Positions 1 through 10,585 are shown, counted from the first letter of the stretch. The stretch: DNA of 64,000 nt from an uncultured delta proteobacterium (GCA_963789265.1 CAWBKB010000001.1:1184001-1248000), one strand, 5' to 3'. The notes: generated by a model not told the origin, from the sequence alone. Translations and numbers: made by a program.

Positions 1-36
1 AAATCCGCGGAGCCGACTCCGGCTCCTCTCGACCCA

Positions 37-1194
37 ATGATGGAACCGCCCCCGAATTTCGAGACTACCCAGCTCCCGGATTCCAATGACTACGATAACA
101 GGCGTGGCGGGCTTTCTTTTCAGGCATCTAATCTGGAACCTCATTCCTTTGGCCAGTCGCTTGAGCCGCCGCCTGTACAGGACAAGAGCCGTCGGTGGAT
201 AGTTTTGTCGGGGGACATAGTCAAGGGGCCGTTTGTGGACGACGAGATAGTCGCCATGATACGCGACGGAGATATAACGGCTGATACGTCGCTCAGGATG
301 GGGGAGCGGCCATGGATCAAAGCCGCTGAAGTCGCCAACTTCCGAGACCTGTTTCCAAAAAGCGAAACAAGGTCGAAGAGAGGACCTCTCGCGTCCATTA
401 CTTTGGTCAAAGATACAGAGGTGGGTGAGGAGCATCTGTCTTCAGTACCACCTTTTTACAAGCAATTGTCCGCGGTCGTCCAGTATCCGATATCAGGGGG
501 AGCTTGGCAGCCTTTGGCGGTATTTATCGGTATTGCGTTTGTGCTTTGTACGGTTTTATCGTTTCAATTCCTGGTGGGGTTGCCGTTAAGCTTGATAGGT
601 TGGATACTACTCTACGGGTACCTGAGCGGTCTCATGCAGTTCAGCAGTCACTCTCCAGCCAGCCCTCCGCCTAATTGGGATTTTGGTGCCGCTAAAGAGA
701 TGGTGACCCAAGGAGGCAGAACTTTGCTCGTTCTGCTCGTGTGTTCTCTTCTACCCGTAGGCGTTCTTATCCTTGGCACGATAGCATGCTTTCTGAATTC
801 CGAGCCCCTGGTCGGGTACATCCTTATGGCTTTGGGCATTCTCGTTTATGTTGCGTCACTTTTCGTAGTGCCTGCATCTCTTGTTGTCCTGGGCAGCTCA
901 CAGAAGATAGGGACCGCATTCAGCCCCGGCAAGATTGTTGCTCTGATAAAGGGGGGTGGACGGCCCTACCGTATGTTGGCCGTTGTCTCTCTGGTCGCGG
1001 GGCTGATTTGCATGCTCACTGCGGTCGCCGCGATGTTCCTCGTTGACGTTCCGGACATAGGTTTCTTGGTGGCCGGTCTTGCCATGGCCCTGGTTCTTTC
1101 TTACGGCCATTTTGTCTGGTTTCACGTTCTTGGGAGATTTGCCGGGGAAAATGGGCAACTGACGCGTCAGGTTCTGTCTGCTAAGGCCGTTTGA
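37..1194 (+). CDS. Membrane protein with GYF_2/DUF4339-like domain and multi-TM DUF4013-like C-terminus (may begin before the window)
   Basis: W-x6-KGPF...IRDGDITADTSL...W motif followed by several hydrophobic helices. Confidence 0.65.
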   Translation: MMEPPPNFETTQLPDSNDYDNRRGGLSFQASNLEPHSFGQSLEPPPVQDKSRRWIVLSGDIVKGPFVDDEIVAMIRDGDITADTSLRMGERPWIKAAEVANFRDLFPKSETRSKRGPLASITLVKDTEVGEEHLSSVPPFYKQLSAVVQYPISGGAWQPLAVFIGIAFVLCTVLSFQFLVGLPLSLIGWILLYGYLSGLMQFSSHSPASPPPNWDFGAAKEMVTQGGRTLLVLLVCSLLPVGVLILGTIACFLNSEPLVGYILMALGILVYVASLFVVPASLVVLGSSQKIGTAFSPGKIVALIKGGGRPYRMLAVVSLVAGLICMLTAVAAMFLVDVPDIGFLVAGLAMALVLSYGHFVWFHVLGRFAGENGQLTRQVLSAKAV

Positions 1195-1195
1195 T

Positions 1196-2188
1196 ATGAA
1201 GAAGTCGATCCCGGAAATGAATCTGAATGGTCCCGGCGGAAACGCCCCGAGAATTGTGGCTATCCCCGCGCTTATTCTGTTGTTGTTGGTGCTTTGGTGC
1301 CAGGCTCATGCCTTTGATGTGTTCGACCTAGTTCCGGGTGTCATCGAGGCCCCGGAATTCAAAGGGAAAGACCCCATTCAGAAACTGCGTTTGGTCGCCG
1401 ATCTGCTGCGGACAAATAGGGTTAAGCAGTCTGATATAGCTTACGTCGCTCTGGATTGGGCGGACCAGTACGCGAGAGAACCATCGGACCAGCTTGAACG
1501 GTTGAAGAGATGGGCGGAATTGGCAAACGATGAGCAGTTGGGTCACATTAAGATCCCGAGAGATTTCTTGAACCGTGTTTTGGTCGCTGAGTATCTGGTA
1601 GGCCAAACACCCTACCTCAAGGGCTCACCTCGCAAGAAGCTGGAAATATTGGCTAAACTCGCGAAAAAGAATCTCGTGGACTGGTCGGTGGCCCTCGCCT
1701 ATGCCCGGCTTTACGCAGGCGGCTTAATCACAGGTGCGAAGAATTACGACGCCAGGTCTCCGCTTGAGGAGCTGAATGCTCTGAAGAAGCTGAAGGCCTC
1801 AGGATTGGTGGGATGGCATTACTGGATGCCAACCGAAGGAATCCTGGCCTCTGAAGTTTTGGCCATGGATCGGGATTATCGAAGGGCCGCCCCTTTCGAT
1901 CAATTGGTAGAGCTTAGAGAACTTAAGAGAAAAGGCCTAATTACAGTTCAAACCAAGAAGGAACTTGAGAAGCTGCCGGTATGGCGATTGCTGGTGTCCG
2001 ACTCCTCCTTCCTCAAGGCCGACCCTGCCACCAAGAAAGCCAGGTTGCTGAAGCTGAAGAATGAGGGCTTGGTTTCGGCTTCCACAAATTCCGATCTAAA
2101 TGAAGTATTCCACCCCATACCCCTGACCTTACCGTTGGAAACAAAACCTAACCCGCTCCCGCAAAAGATTAATCCCCCTGTAAAGTGA
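1196..2188 (+). CDS. Exported hypothetical protein with ~6 internal helical repeats
   Basis: 330-aa ORF coupled to the upstream gene; signal peptide ending AHA; repeated P..(K/Q)L..L..L...GLV motif. Confidence 0.7.
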   Translation: MKKSIPEMNLNGPGGNAPRIVAIPALILLLLVLWCQAHAFDVFDLVPGVIEAPEFKGKDPIQKLRLVADLLRTNRVKQSDIAYVALDWADQYAREPSDQLERLKRWAELANDEQLGHIKIPRDFLNRVLVAEYLVGQTPYLKGSPRKKLEILAKLAKKNLVDWSVALAYARLYAGGLITGAKNYDARSPLEELNALKKLKASGLVGWHYWMPTEGILASEVLAMDRDYRRAAPFDQLVELRELKRKGLITVQTKKELEKLPVWRLLVSDSSFLKADPATKKARLLKLKNEGLVSASTNSDLNEVFHPIPLTLPLETKPNPLPQKINPPVK

Positions 2189-2280
2189 CGGTACAATTTT
2201 TGGGGGGCAAAGATATGCTATATTTGCCAAGATTGTGATTGATAAGGGTGTCAGAGTATGTGACGTGAAAGGAACCTACT

Positions 2281-5200
2281 TTGTGTGGAATAGCAGGCTT
2301 TGTAAGCAACGGCCGATGGCAGGAAGTGCCCGATTTATCCTGGATAGACAGCATCCTCAACCAGATGGACGACCTTTGGACCGCTCCGGGTCGGCTGGAA
2401 GAATTTGACGGGCCTCTCAAAGAACTTGTCAGCAGATTCGATGACCTGATGTCATTCGGCTGTCACATGGCTCTCATTGAGGGTGAGAAGTCGGTCGTCC
2501 TACCGAAAATGGAACGCGTTGCGGATCTCCTTGGCCGCGTGCTCGAACGAACCGCGGATTTGACCGCGTCGCAAGGGCGCAGCGATGCCCTTGAACAACT
2601 TGAGGAGGACGCACGGGACTGTCTGTGGCAAATCAAGGAGGAAGTCCTTGGAAACGTGGTTAGGACCACGAATTTGCTGCCTGAAGGATTCGCGACACCC
2701 GATTCCGGGCATGCACGTCATTTTGTGGCGTGGGCGGTCGAGCAAGTGATGGAGAACATTGACCGCCTGGAGGTTCGCGGCCGAGATTCAGCGGGGATAG
2801 CAATTCAATGTTTGCTGTTCAAAGATGTCGACTTCGAGCCCATTTTAGGGCGGGATGCTCAAGATGACGGGCCCTGCGGCGAAACACTGAGAAGCGGAGT
2901 CCAGCGGATCATAAACACAACGAAACTGGCCGATGCCCGGATCTCTTACACATTTATATACAAGATTGCGAATCTGGTGGGCCGCCTTGGTGACAACACA
3001 AGTCGACTCCGCGAGGCCGTTCATGGCGACAAATTGCTGTGGCAAGCGGCAGCCTTTACAGAGCAGGTGAACATTATCGCACACACGCGGTGGGCTTCTA
3101 ATGGCATAATCAGCCTGTCGAACTGCCATCCCGTCGATGGCTGCCTGCGCGATCGAGATCACCTTGCCACACTTGACGACACAAGCGCGCAATTCGTTCT
3201 CAATGGAGACGTGGATAACTATCAGACTCTGATGGATGCGGTGGTGAGGGGTGAAGGATACGACATCGATCCTTTGGTCACCACGGACACAAAGATCTTG
3301 CCGCTGTTGTATCGTCTTGGCACAGATTCCGCCAAATTGCCTGAAGATCGGTTCGCAGCAGTTCTGAACGCGTGCGAAGGGTCGATGGCCGTTGTCATGC
3401 AGCATCCTCATCATCCGAGAACTTTGTTCCTCGGCCAGAAAGGGAGCGGACAAAGTCTATTTGTGGGTAAACTCAAGGATGGGTTTATGTTTGCCTCCGA
3501 GGTCTATGGGCTGGCCGCTCGCACCCGCTGGTCATACAGCCTCTCAGGTACCGAGCGCGGCGGGACTCAAGTAGTTCTAACCGTGGGAGCTTCACATCCG
3601 GACCGGATGACCGGCAGGTATTTGGAAGACGGCCGGCCCTTCGGCATCAAAGGCGAACCCATCTACATTCATTCCCGGGATATTTTCCGCGGCTCGTACA
3701 ACTATTATTTCGAAAAGGAGATACACGAGGCCCCATCCAGCATCAGAAAAACCATCAGACATAAGTACAGCAAGGTTGCCGGCAGAATAGACTTCTCCAA
3801 AGAGGGCGGCGGAAGCTTCGGTCCCCTTCTGGGGCGGCTGCGAGATCCTGTGTTGCCCCCTATAAGGAGGGTCACGGTTATCGGTCAAGGAACAGCGTCA
3901 GTTGCGGCTATGGGAGCCGCCTATCTGATCGAACGGGCGCTTAGGGGATCTCGTGTTTCAATAGACTGGCGGAAATCCTCGGAGATGTCGGGCTTCCTGT
4001 CTGAAGAGCCTCTCGCAGACATGCTGTTGATAGCGATTTCTCAGAGCGGGACTACCACAGACACCAATCGCACGGTGGATGTGGCTGGTTCACAGGGTGC
4101 GTGGGTTCATGCCATTGTGAACCGCCGCAACTCTCCTCTGGTGGCCAAGTCCAATTCTCATTTCTATACAAGCGACGGTCGCGACGTGGAAATGGCCGTA
4201 GCATCCACCAAGGCATTCTACTCACAGATCGCAGCCGCTAAAATCACGGCCCTCTTATTGGCCCAAGAATTCAACACCTTGGCAGGAGAAGAGATCTACG
4301 AAGAAATCCAGGAATTGGAGAAACTCCCCGGCGAAATTGAATCTGTGTTGAGGCAATGCGACACCATCAAGGAGTACGCGGAAAAGTACGGGCCGGCTAA
4401 CCGCAATTGGGCCGTGGTCGGAAACGGCCCCAACAAGATCGCGGCGGATGAAATCAGGATAAAGCTTAGCGAGCTCTGTTATAAGTCGATTCCTTGCGAT
4501 TTCACCGAGGATAAGAAGCACATTGATCTGTCAACCGAACCCCTGACATTGGTGGTGGCCAACGATCTGCCGGAACAACTCGTTCAGGACACCGTGAAAG
4601 AGGTCGCCATTTTCAAAGCCCATAACGGCAAGCCGCTCGTGTTATGTGCCCGCGGCGAAAAACGTTTTAAGGAGCATGCGGAGCACTTGATCGAACTGCC
4701 AACCATTGGGGCAGGATTAGGATTTGTCTTGGCCACGGTAGCGGGACATCTGTGGGGATTTTACGCGGCCAAGGCGATAGATGCTTCCGCTGAAGAACTT
4801 CGAAATGTCCGGACCCTGTTGGCGAAGGCCCTGGGAGAACCGGACGGTTGGGACCCGGACGCTTTGAGATCAAAGTTTGGCAAGGTGATGAAGCTCATAG
4901 GATCAGGAGAGATGAACGCTTCGCTCCCCGCATCTACGGTTGCAGCTATGGCCCTGTATGCCGCGCGCCTTGAGTACAGCCCACACGGACGCGAGGTAGC
5001 GAGAGTTGACATCGAGCAAGGTATAGCAATACTGAACAGTGCCATAGAAGATATGACTCGACCCATTGATACGATTCGACATCAGGCCAAGACTGTCACA
5101 GTGGGTATTTCTCGGCCGCAGGAAGTGTTGCCGCCGGTCTTGCTGAGTGCCCTTGAGCAATTATCCGTGCTTCCCGGCCACATCAGGGAGCAGGATCGCC

Positions 5201-5697
5201 GACTGTTGCGCACCGTGTCTCCTATCATTGTGGCGGTCCAGGGCGGCCTGCTTTACAAAATTGTGAAAGCGACACAGGCCGGGCAGGGCAGCGGCCACCC
5301 AGCGATTCAAGTGACCGGCCGATTCGGGGTCTGCGTAGGCAGGCCATCCCGATATGACCGACCCAAGCCGGCCGGTGGAAGTAAACGCACCACGTTAAGG
5401 GTTGAACGGGCTGTCTGGAGTTCCGGTCCGGACGGCTCTGAGAGCTTGTTGCTCCTTCCCTTGTTTGATGAGGAAGTGAGTGAGAGCAACGGTGTAATTC
5501 TTCTTCATCTCATTTTTGCGGAACAAGCTTCCATTCAACAAAAGATGGCAGTCCTCCGCGCTCTGGGAACGCGGTACCATGATGTAATGGAGTGGCTCGA
5601 GGAAATCTCTAATTCGCGGAGCCTGGAGGACGTGCTGTCAGTTGTCTCCCCACGGGACCTGGTTCTCGCTCCTGTAGAGGGTTTGGTGCCTCGGTAA
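2281..5697 (+). CDS. glmS: Oversized GlmS-like glutamine:fructose-6-P amidotransferase (GATase-II + SIS domains, with insertions)
   Basis: TTG start then CGIAG; LEVRGRDSAG, HTRWAS, NCHP, SQSGTT, VASTKAF, KLSEL and AKTVTV motifs. Confidence 0.8.
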   Translation: MCGIAGFVSNGRWQEVPDLSWIDSILNQMDDLWTAPGRLEEFDGPLKELVSRFDDLMSFGCHMALIEGEKSVVLPKMERVADLLGRVLERTADLTASQGRSDALEQLEEDARDCLWQIKEEVLGNVVRTTNLLPEGFATPDSGHARHFVAWAVEQVMENIDRLEVRGRDSAGIAIQCLLFKDVDFEPILGRDAQDDGPCGETLRSGVQRIINTTKLADARISYTFIYKIANLVGRLGDNTSRLREAVHGDKLLWQAAAFTEQVNIIAHTRWASNGIISLSNCHPVDGCLRDRDHLATLDDTSAQFVLNGDVDNYQTLMDAVVRGEGYDIDPLVTTDTKILPLLYRLGTDSAKLPEDRFAAVLNACEGSMAVVMQHPHHPRTLFLGQKGSGQSLFVGKLKDGFMFASEVYGLAARTRWSYSLSGTERGGTQVVLTVGASHPDRMTGRYLEDGRPFGIKGEPIYIHSRDIFRGSYNYYFEKEIHEAPSSIRKTIRHKYSKVAGRIDFSKEGGGSFGPLLGRLRDPVLPPIRRVTVIGQGTASVAAMGAAYLIERALRGSRVSIDWRKSSEMSGFLSEEPLADMLLIAISQSGTTTDTNRTVDVAGSQGAWVHAIVNRRNSPLVAKSNSHFYTSDGRDVEMAVASTKAFYSQIAAAKITALLLAQEFNTLAGEEIYEEIQELEKLPGEIESVLRQCDTIKEYAEKYGPANRNWAVVGNGPNKIAADEIRIKLSELCYKSIPCDFTEDKKHIDLSTEPLTLVVANDLPEQLVQDTVKEVAIFKAHNGKPLVLCARGEKRFKEHAEHLIELPTIGAGLGFVLATVAGHLWGFYAAKAIDASAEELRNVRTLLAKALGEPDGWDPDALRSKFGKVMKLIGSGEMNASLPASTVAAMALYAARLEYSPHGREVARVDIEQGIAILNSAIEDMTRPIDTIRHQAKTVTVGISRPQEVLPPVLLSALEQLSVLPGHIREQDRRLLRTVSPIIVAVQGGLLYKIVKATQAGQGSGHPAIQVTGRFGVCVGRPSRYDRPKPAGGSKRTTLRVERAVWSSGPDGSESLLLLPLFDEEVSESNGVILLHLIFAEQASIQQKMAVLRALGTRYHDVMEWLEEISNSRSLEDVLSVVSPRDLVLAPVEGLVPR

Positions 5698-5729
5698 AGC
5701 AAGTGATACCGGTTTGCGATTAAAGGCTA

Positions 5730-5930
5730 AGTGGAGCGGATCTCGAAAGTATCGTCGTAATGCGCAAGTGCGTTGGCCCCCAATTTAGACTGGTGGGACA
5801 GTCCCGCGAGGCGCGAGACAGCTTGTCGCCGATGGACGGGCAGGATGCCCATCCCCACTGCAACCCAGCGCGGAACGCGGGGCGTCGCCACCAAATGATT
5901 CCTTTTCCGAGATTACTTTTGAGAATTACC
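5730..5930. mobile_element. MITE-like repeat (family 3) carrying REP palindromes
   Basis: Inverted homolog of 48285..48467 over ~190 bp. Confidence 0.65.
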
Positions 5931-6034
5931 ACATTTGCCGATTCTCACTTTTTGAGAGCGAACGAGTGGGAGGCCGGTCACGATATTTTTCAACCGTTGT
6001 CAGTCGTTGATGGGAAAAAGGGACCGCGAATCCC

Positions 6035-7045
6035 TCACCTCGCGAGGTAGCCTTCATGGACTAGCGATTCCTTTATCTTGGGTCCCAAACCTTTCGGCAC
6101 CCTCAAAGGGAATCCCAGCGGACTACGCTTGTCCGCTTTGGGCAGGATTCCGGTCGATGGATCAACGCCGGGATTCAGTTCCCAGATGGCCCGGGCATTG
6201 GTTCGGCACCAATTTGCCACGACATAGAGAGGCAAATCCTTGAGTAGTTTCAATCGGCCCAGAAAGTCAAAAGACATCGGCGGCAGGGGAGAAATCGCTA
6301 CCCCGTAGAAACTCCGGTGGGTGTCGATAATCTTCAGCGCGACCAGCCGAGGGATGATCACTTCCGAGTAGCTCGGCATGACCATGCCCCAGTAGGAGAA
6401 GCCTTTAGACTTGCTCACGATCACGTCAATGTTGTCGATTCCATCCACGAAGGCGCAGATCGCCAACAGCCAGTCGGCACCCGACTTCCGGCGAAGGATT
6501 CCCCGAAGAATGGTGCTTGCAATTCTGGTGGAAAGGATAGGATCTCTGCGATCGTCCCAGTCATCAGTCACGAGCCACTGGCCCAATGAAGAATCTTTCT
6601 TGCCTTTGACGGACCCCAGGGCCCACCATCCCACCCCTCCCGCGCGGTTCCGAAAATTGGGGAGCAGGCCGCTGAGGATGGCCGGAAGATAGATCAGGTC
6701 ACTGGGGACTTTTTGCTCGGTCAATACCTGCCGAATCATAGGACCGTAAAGCCCCATCCTGTCGAACCACTCCATCATGCCGGCGCGTCGGTCCATCAGC
6801 AGGTAGTTTATCTGATCAACGACTCGCGTGGCGACTTCGTGGCGGTCGATGGGGATGCGTACCCCGGCAAAGGTGGCCCCTTGCTTCTGAACGTCAGGGG
6901 GTAGAACATAATTGGCCCGAGAATAACCGGGAGCTTCTGCCGCACAGCTCGGCTCGCAAAGGATACCCAGGAACAGTATCCCCGCCAGGATCCCCGTTCC
7001 GAGGTTGAAGAACAGACATGCGGGATTGCCGTACTTCCTGTTCAT
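6035..7045 (-). CDS. MltD-like lytic transglycosylase family protein, catalytic motif degenerate
   Basis: VPSDLIYLPAILSG, GGVGWWAL, DDRRDP and WELNP match the MltD/SLT architecture. Confidence 0.75.
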   Translation of the reverse strand: MNRKYGNPACLFFNLGTGILAGILFLGILCEPSCAAEAPGYSRANYVLPPDVQKQGATFAGVRIPIDRHEVATRVVDQINYLLMDRRAGMMEWFDRMGLYGPMIRQVLTEQKVPSDLIYLPAILSGLLPNFRNRAGGVGWWALGSVKGKKDSSLGQWLVTDDWDDRRDPILSTRIASTILRGILRRKSGADWLLAICAFVDGIDNIDVIVSKSKGFSYWGMVMPSYSEVIIPRLVALKIIDTHRSFYGVAISPLPPMSFDFLGRLKLLKDLPLYVVANWCRTNARAIWELNPGVDPSTGILPKADKRSPLGFPLRVPKGLGPKIKESLVHEGYLAR

Positions 7046-7135
7046 GCACCATTCAATTCGAATGACGGGAAAAAGCCCTTAACCTAACAAGAGATTTCAA
7101 ACATTGCTCCGATACATGGCATCGACGATTCCAAT

Positions 7136-7411
7136 TCAAGAATTGGCTCTTTCCTTGAGTTCTTTACCTGTCTTGAAAAAAGGTAAGTGTTTGCTTTTGA
7201 CGGTGATCTGTTCGCCCGTCTTGGGGTTCCTTCCTGTGTAACCTCCATAATTCTTGACCACGAACGAACCAAAGCCGCGTACCTCGATCCTATCGCCGGC
7301 TATCAGCGCGGTGGACATGGTGTTGAAGACCATATCCGCCACCTCTTCGGCCTTGCGAAGCGGCAGATCCATCTCTTTAGCCAAGGATTTTACCAGGTCG
7401 GATTTGTTCAT
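7136..7411 (-). CDS. ihfB: Integration host factor beta / HU family DNA-binding protein
   Basis: MNKSDL...IEVRGFGSF...GRNPKTG...PFFKTGKELKER; AGGAG RBS. Confidence 0.9.
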   Translation of the reverse strand: MNKSDLVKSLAKEMDLPLRKAEEVADMVFNTMSTALIAGDRIEVRGFGSFVVKNYGGYTGRNPKTGEQITVKSKHLPFFKTGKELKERANS

Positions 7412-7835
7412 TGCAAACTCCTGTCATGTCTCGAACTGTTGTCATTTGCGCGTCGGTTAGCAAACGCCCGGCAATTGAGGCCGACTGCGCGCGGCATAGT
7501 TTCATGTCGGCGCATTCAAGCCGGGAGTAAACTCCGCCCTCGGTTCCATTTATGCATTGACAGCCGCGCTGCCAGGTAGCTAAGGATCGGTACTCTCCCA
7601 ATAAAACAAAGTGAGACCCCGAAGAAGGTGAGAGCGCGAAAGCAAGGGTATACTTTTAGACGCGCCGGCAAATTCTTGTCAAGAGATTTTGGACAAACAG
7701 CTACAGCAGCGAGGTTGCGAGTGACGATTACAGGAAATGGAACTTGCGCAGCGAGGCCGCAGGATGCTTTTGCCCCGCAAGCGCCGACTTATACCAACCC
7801 CCATAGCTAGAGGCTACAACGACACAGGAAAACGT

Positions 7836-7957
7836 GTAACCATTCAGTCTTGTGAGGCAGGCTTTCCAGCCTGCCGGGGAAAGCCCTGTTCAATGGCGGG
7901 CTAGAAAGCCCACCCCACGAAGCCATCCGCAAATTCCGGCTGTTACTGAATGTATAC
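7836..7957. mobile_element. MITE family 1 copy with REP cargo
   Basis: Termini GTAACCATTCAG / CTGAATGTATAC; perfect 8-bp flanking duplication GAAAACGT. Confidence 0.8.
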
Positions 7958-8073
7958 GAAAACGTCAGCAGGACCGTCCCGCGCAGAACGCGGGATTGCC
8001 GGTCGGTAACAGGGCGTTTTCCTGTGAATTCGTATTCAAAATCCCCCCTTATCCCCATCTCGGCTGTTAGTTC

Positions 8074-8616
8074 TTAGCGATACCTGATATTGGATGGCTG
8101 GTTCGCTTCATAACCGGGCGAAACCGGCGTAGCCGGGGCTCGATGATTCTTGTACTGGATGTAGGCCTCGTCCAATAGAAGGTCTTTCAGTTCGGCGATT
8201 AACCGGTTTCTTTCTCGGGATATGCTCTTAAAGTTGGCGGTAGAGGAGTTGCCACGCCTTCTGCTCCCTATTGTAGCGCAGCGCTGCAAGTCTTTGAAAC
8301 AAGACTGTTCCTGGTCCGCCAAGTCGCGGCATCTCTCACCCGCTTCAGCCATCCTCTCTCTACGGTCCTTGAGAGCAGCCCGAACGATCCGCGATATTGG
8401 CTTCCGGCTTCCACGCGTCGCTATTTCCTGTGTAATTTGCGGAGCAATCGATTCATACTTGACCTTCCGATAACTCTCCATGCCGGCTCGGAGCGACTCA
8501 TAGGCATTGGACCATTTGGTCTGCTCGCCGTCACACCAGCCGGAGACAGTTTCCGACAAGAGAGGCGTTCCTGTGAGAAGAAGTGTAAGAGCGAGGAGGA
8601 CAAATACGCGAGTCAT
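8074..8616 (-). CDS. Exported coiled-coil hypothetical protein
   Basis: Signal peptide; start overlaps the stop of the upstream gene. Confidence 0.65.
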   Translation of the reverse strand: MTRVFVLLALTLLLTGTPLLSETVSGWCDGEQTKWSNAYESLRAGMESYRKVKYESIAPQITQEIATRGSRKPISRIVRAALKDRRERMAEAGERCRDLADQEQSCFKDLQRCATIGSRRRGNSSTANFKSISRERNRLIAELKDLLLDEAYIQYKNHRAPATPVSPGYEANQPSNIRYR

Positions 8617-10130
8617 AACGGATTCCCCTCCTCACGTTTCAGGAAAAAGCCAAAAAAGTCACTGGTGTAGCTCCGGTCGTACCTGTCAAGGGTGTAGGTT
8701 TTCTGTTCGGGAGAGAGCTTGACCCTCTTGACGATTTCTCCTCCACTGTTGCCATAGTACAGATTCCCCACCACGTTGTGAGGATTGGCATCTCCGTGAA
8801 TAGCCCTCTCACATCCGGCCAGTACGAGAGCCTTGGCCAGGTCCTTAGTGCTGATATGGTAACCCACCGCAAATACCAGGTTACCGTCCTTTCGGATGCC
8901 GAAGGCGCTGCGAGTGGCAATGAACCATCCTTCACCATAGCTCGTTGTGGGCTCGCCGCCTCCGTAACCGCCCCAATACCCGCTCCAATAAGAATTTGAA
9001 TTCGACTCGACTTCCGAAAGGAGGAAACCCAGGCCGATCTCAGAATCGGCTCTCTTTCCCCCCTTCATCACCGAGTCGACCACTTTTCCGTCCTTCACTA
9101 TCAAGTGCCTGAGCTGGCGAGCATCACGAACAAGAGATGTAGGTATGCCTTCATTCCATTCAAGGATGTCCACGGAATCATCGTTGTACGCAACGATAGT
9201 GGCCACCCCCGGGGTCAGGTTCCTTAAGACAGTCCCGCGAAAGATACCTCCCGCTTCGCCCGAATGCTTCTGTTTCCAGAGAGCGTTGGTTATGGCCACA
9301 AGCCGCGGCTTATCTGCGGGGTCGACAGAAGCGGTTTTGCTCGATCCGCCCGGTTCGGCCGACCCTATGTAAAGCCTCATGGATAGCTGCTTCATGTCGA
9401 GCGCCAGCATATACACGATGGCGTTGGGGTACTCGGCACTCGGTCTGTAAATGGTTCTATAAACTACCGGTATTCCGTCTTTCCCTGTAGGTAGGCCGGC
9501 CGACTGCCATACACCTTCTCCGGGCAATGGAGGGGTGACGTACAGTGGCGGAATATTCTTCAAAGATATCGACCTGAAAGGCGCCCCGGAGTAATCGCCG
9601 GGCATCTCGATGATAGGCTTCAACAGGATCGACGAGCTCCTCGGCGAAGAAAGCATGGTGCTAAACCGTTTGCCAAGGCGGTCGCCCCAGGATTCGGGGG
9701 TCTCGGTCCTCCCTGGTGAGAGCGGCTTGGCGTCGGTGGTCTGCTTTGTCCCGGCACCGAGGACCTGCGAATCACGGTTCGCCTTCCCCTGGGTGCGCTC
9801 GTCTTGAGGAAGCCGATGCCGCTTCTCTTTTCCCTGTTTCGTGGCCGGTGCGCTTTCCCTCAGTAGGACCTCCCAAGGAGGCGGGGATTCCTCGAAATCG
9901 TCGGCCCACACTACCGGAATGAAATGAAAAGCTGTCATAAACATGAGGACAATAAGAAGAGAGTAGAACTTATTAACAGTGTTAGTACGACAGAGCCGGA
10001 CTTCAATGTCCTTTGCCGTTAGTATACCGACCGGTGATGCCCTACGCGGGCGAATCCCTCGCAAAGCCCATGACCGGGTCCTCGGCTCCGCGCATGCAAG
10101 CCGCCTGCCGATTGACAATATTTTCCTCAT
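8613..10130 (-). CDS. Phosphodiester glycosidase (NAGPA/DUF2233-like) family protein; start uncertain
   Basis: LPGEGVW, ATRSAFGIRKDGNLVF, LAKALVLAGCERAIHGDAN. Confidence 0.7.
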   Translation of the reverse strand: MRKILSIGRRLACAEPRTRSWALRGIRPRRASPVGILTAKDIEVRLCRTNTVNKFYSLLIVLMFMTAFHFIPVVWADDFEESPPPWEVLLRESAPATKQGKEKRHRLPQDERTQGKANRDSQVLGAGTKQTTDAKPLSPGRTETPESWGDRLGKRFSTMLSSPRSSSILLKPIIEMPGDYSGAPFRSISLKNIPPLYVTPPLPGEGVWQSAGLPTGKDGIPVVYRTIYRPSAEYPNAIVYMLALDMKQLSMRLYIGSAEPGGSSKTASVDPADKPRLVAITNALWKQKHSGEAGGIFRGTVLRNLTPGVATIVAYNDDSVDILEWNEGIPTSLVRDARQLRHLIVKDGKVVDSVMKGGKRADSEIGLGFLLSEVESNSNSYWSGYWGGYGGGEPTTSYGEGWFIATRSAFGIRKDGNLVFAVGYHISTKDLAKALVLAGCERAIHGDANPHNVVGNLYYGNSGGEIVKRVKLSPEQKTYTLDRYDRSYTSDFFGFFLKREEGNPL

Positions 10131-10365
10131 CAGCTATGGATACCCCAACCCTCAATTACCTAAAGCAGGTGTAGTGGTGCTGCCTGATTAATTTGAAATC
10201 CTCAGATGCCGGCCCGGGTTTGTTGACGGGGTTCCGAGCGAGGAATCTGAACGACGTCTCTGCTTTTACCAATTCCGCCCCTGCCCGTCAAGAAACCGCG
10301 GTTTCGGCAGTGCAAGAAAGGCGCAAAAATCTTCGGAACTATTCACTTGACAAAGAAGTTTGACT

Positions 10366-10499
10366 GTCATTGCGAGGGCGCCAGCCCGTGGCAATCTCTC
10401 ATCCGGGTGAGCATTAATTGCCGGTGGGACGGGCATCTTGCCCGTCATCCCTAATAGACAGGCTAGAAGCCTGTCCCACCATCCACTCCTCGCAATGAC
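10366..10499. repeat. Composite REP element (outer GTCATTGCGAG...CTCGCAATGAC, inner GTGGGAC-type palindromes)
   Basis: Homologous to 31538..31680, 36267..36399 and 46357..46497. Confidence 0.8.
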
Positions 10500-10585
10500 A
10501 TTGGTCTCTCAAGGGGTTCTTTGACAACGCCACAATTCCGAAAATCTTCAATCAGAGGGATCGTGTTGAACGGCAGGGTGAAACA

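Noticed and set aside
2189..2280. glmS ribozyme upstream of the GlmS-like gene
   Set aside because: Only ~90 nt of intergenic sequence, with no recognisable ribozyme core.
5720..6050. Short ORFs over repeats (also near 10266, 15329, 19374, 20076, 31583, 32458 and 33712)
   Set aside because: They are translations of palindromic repeats.
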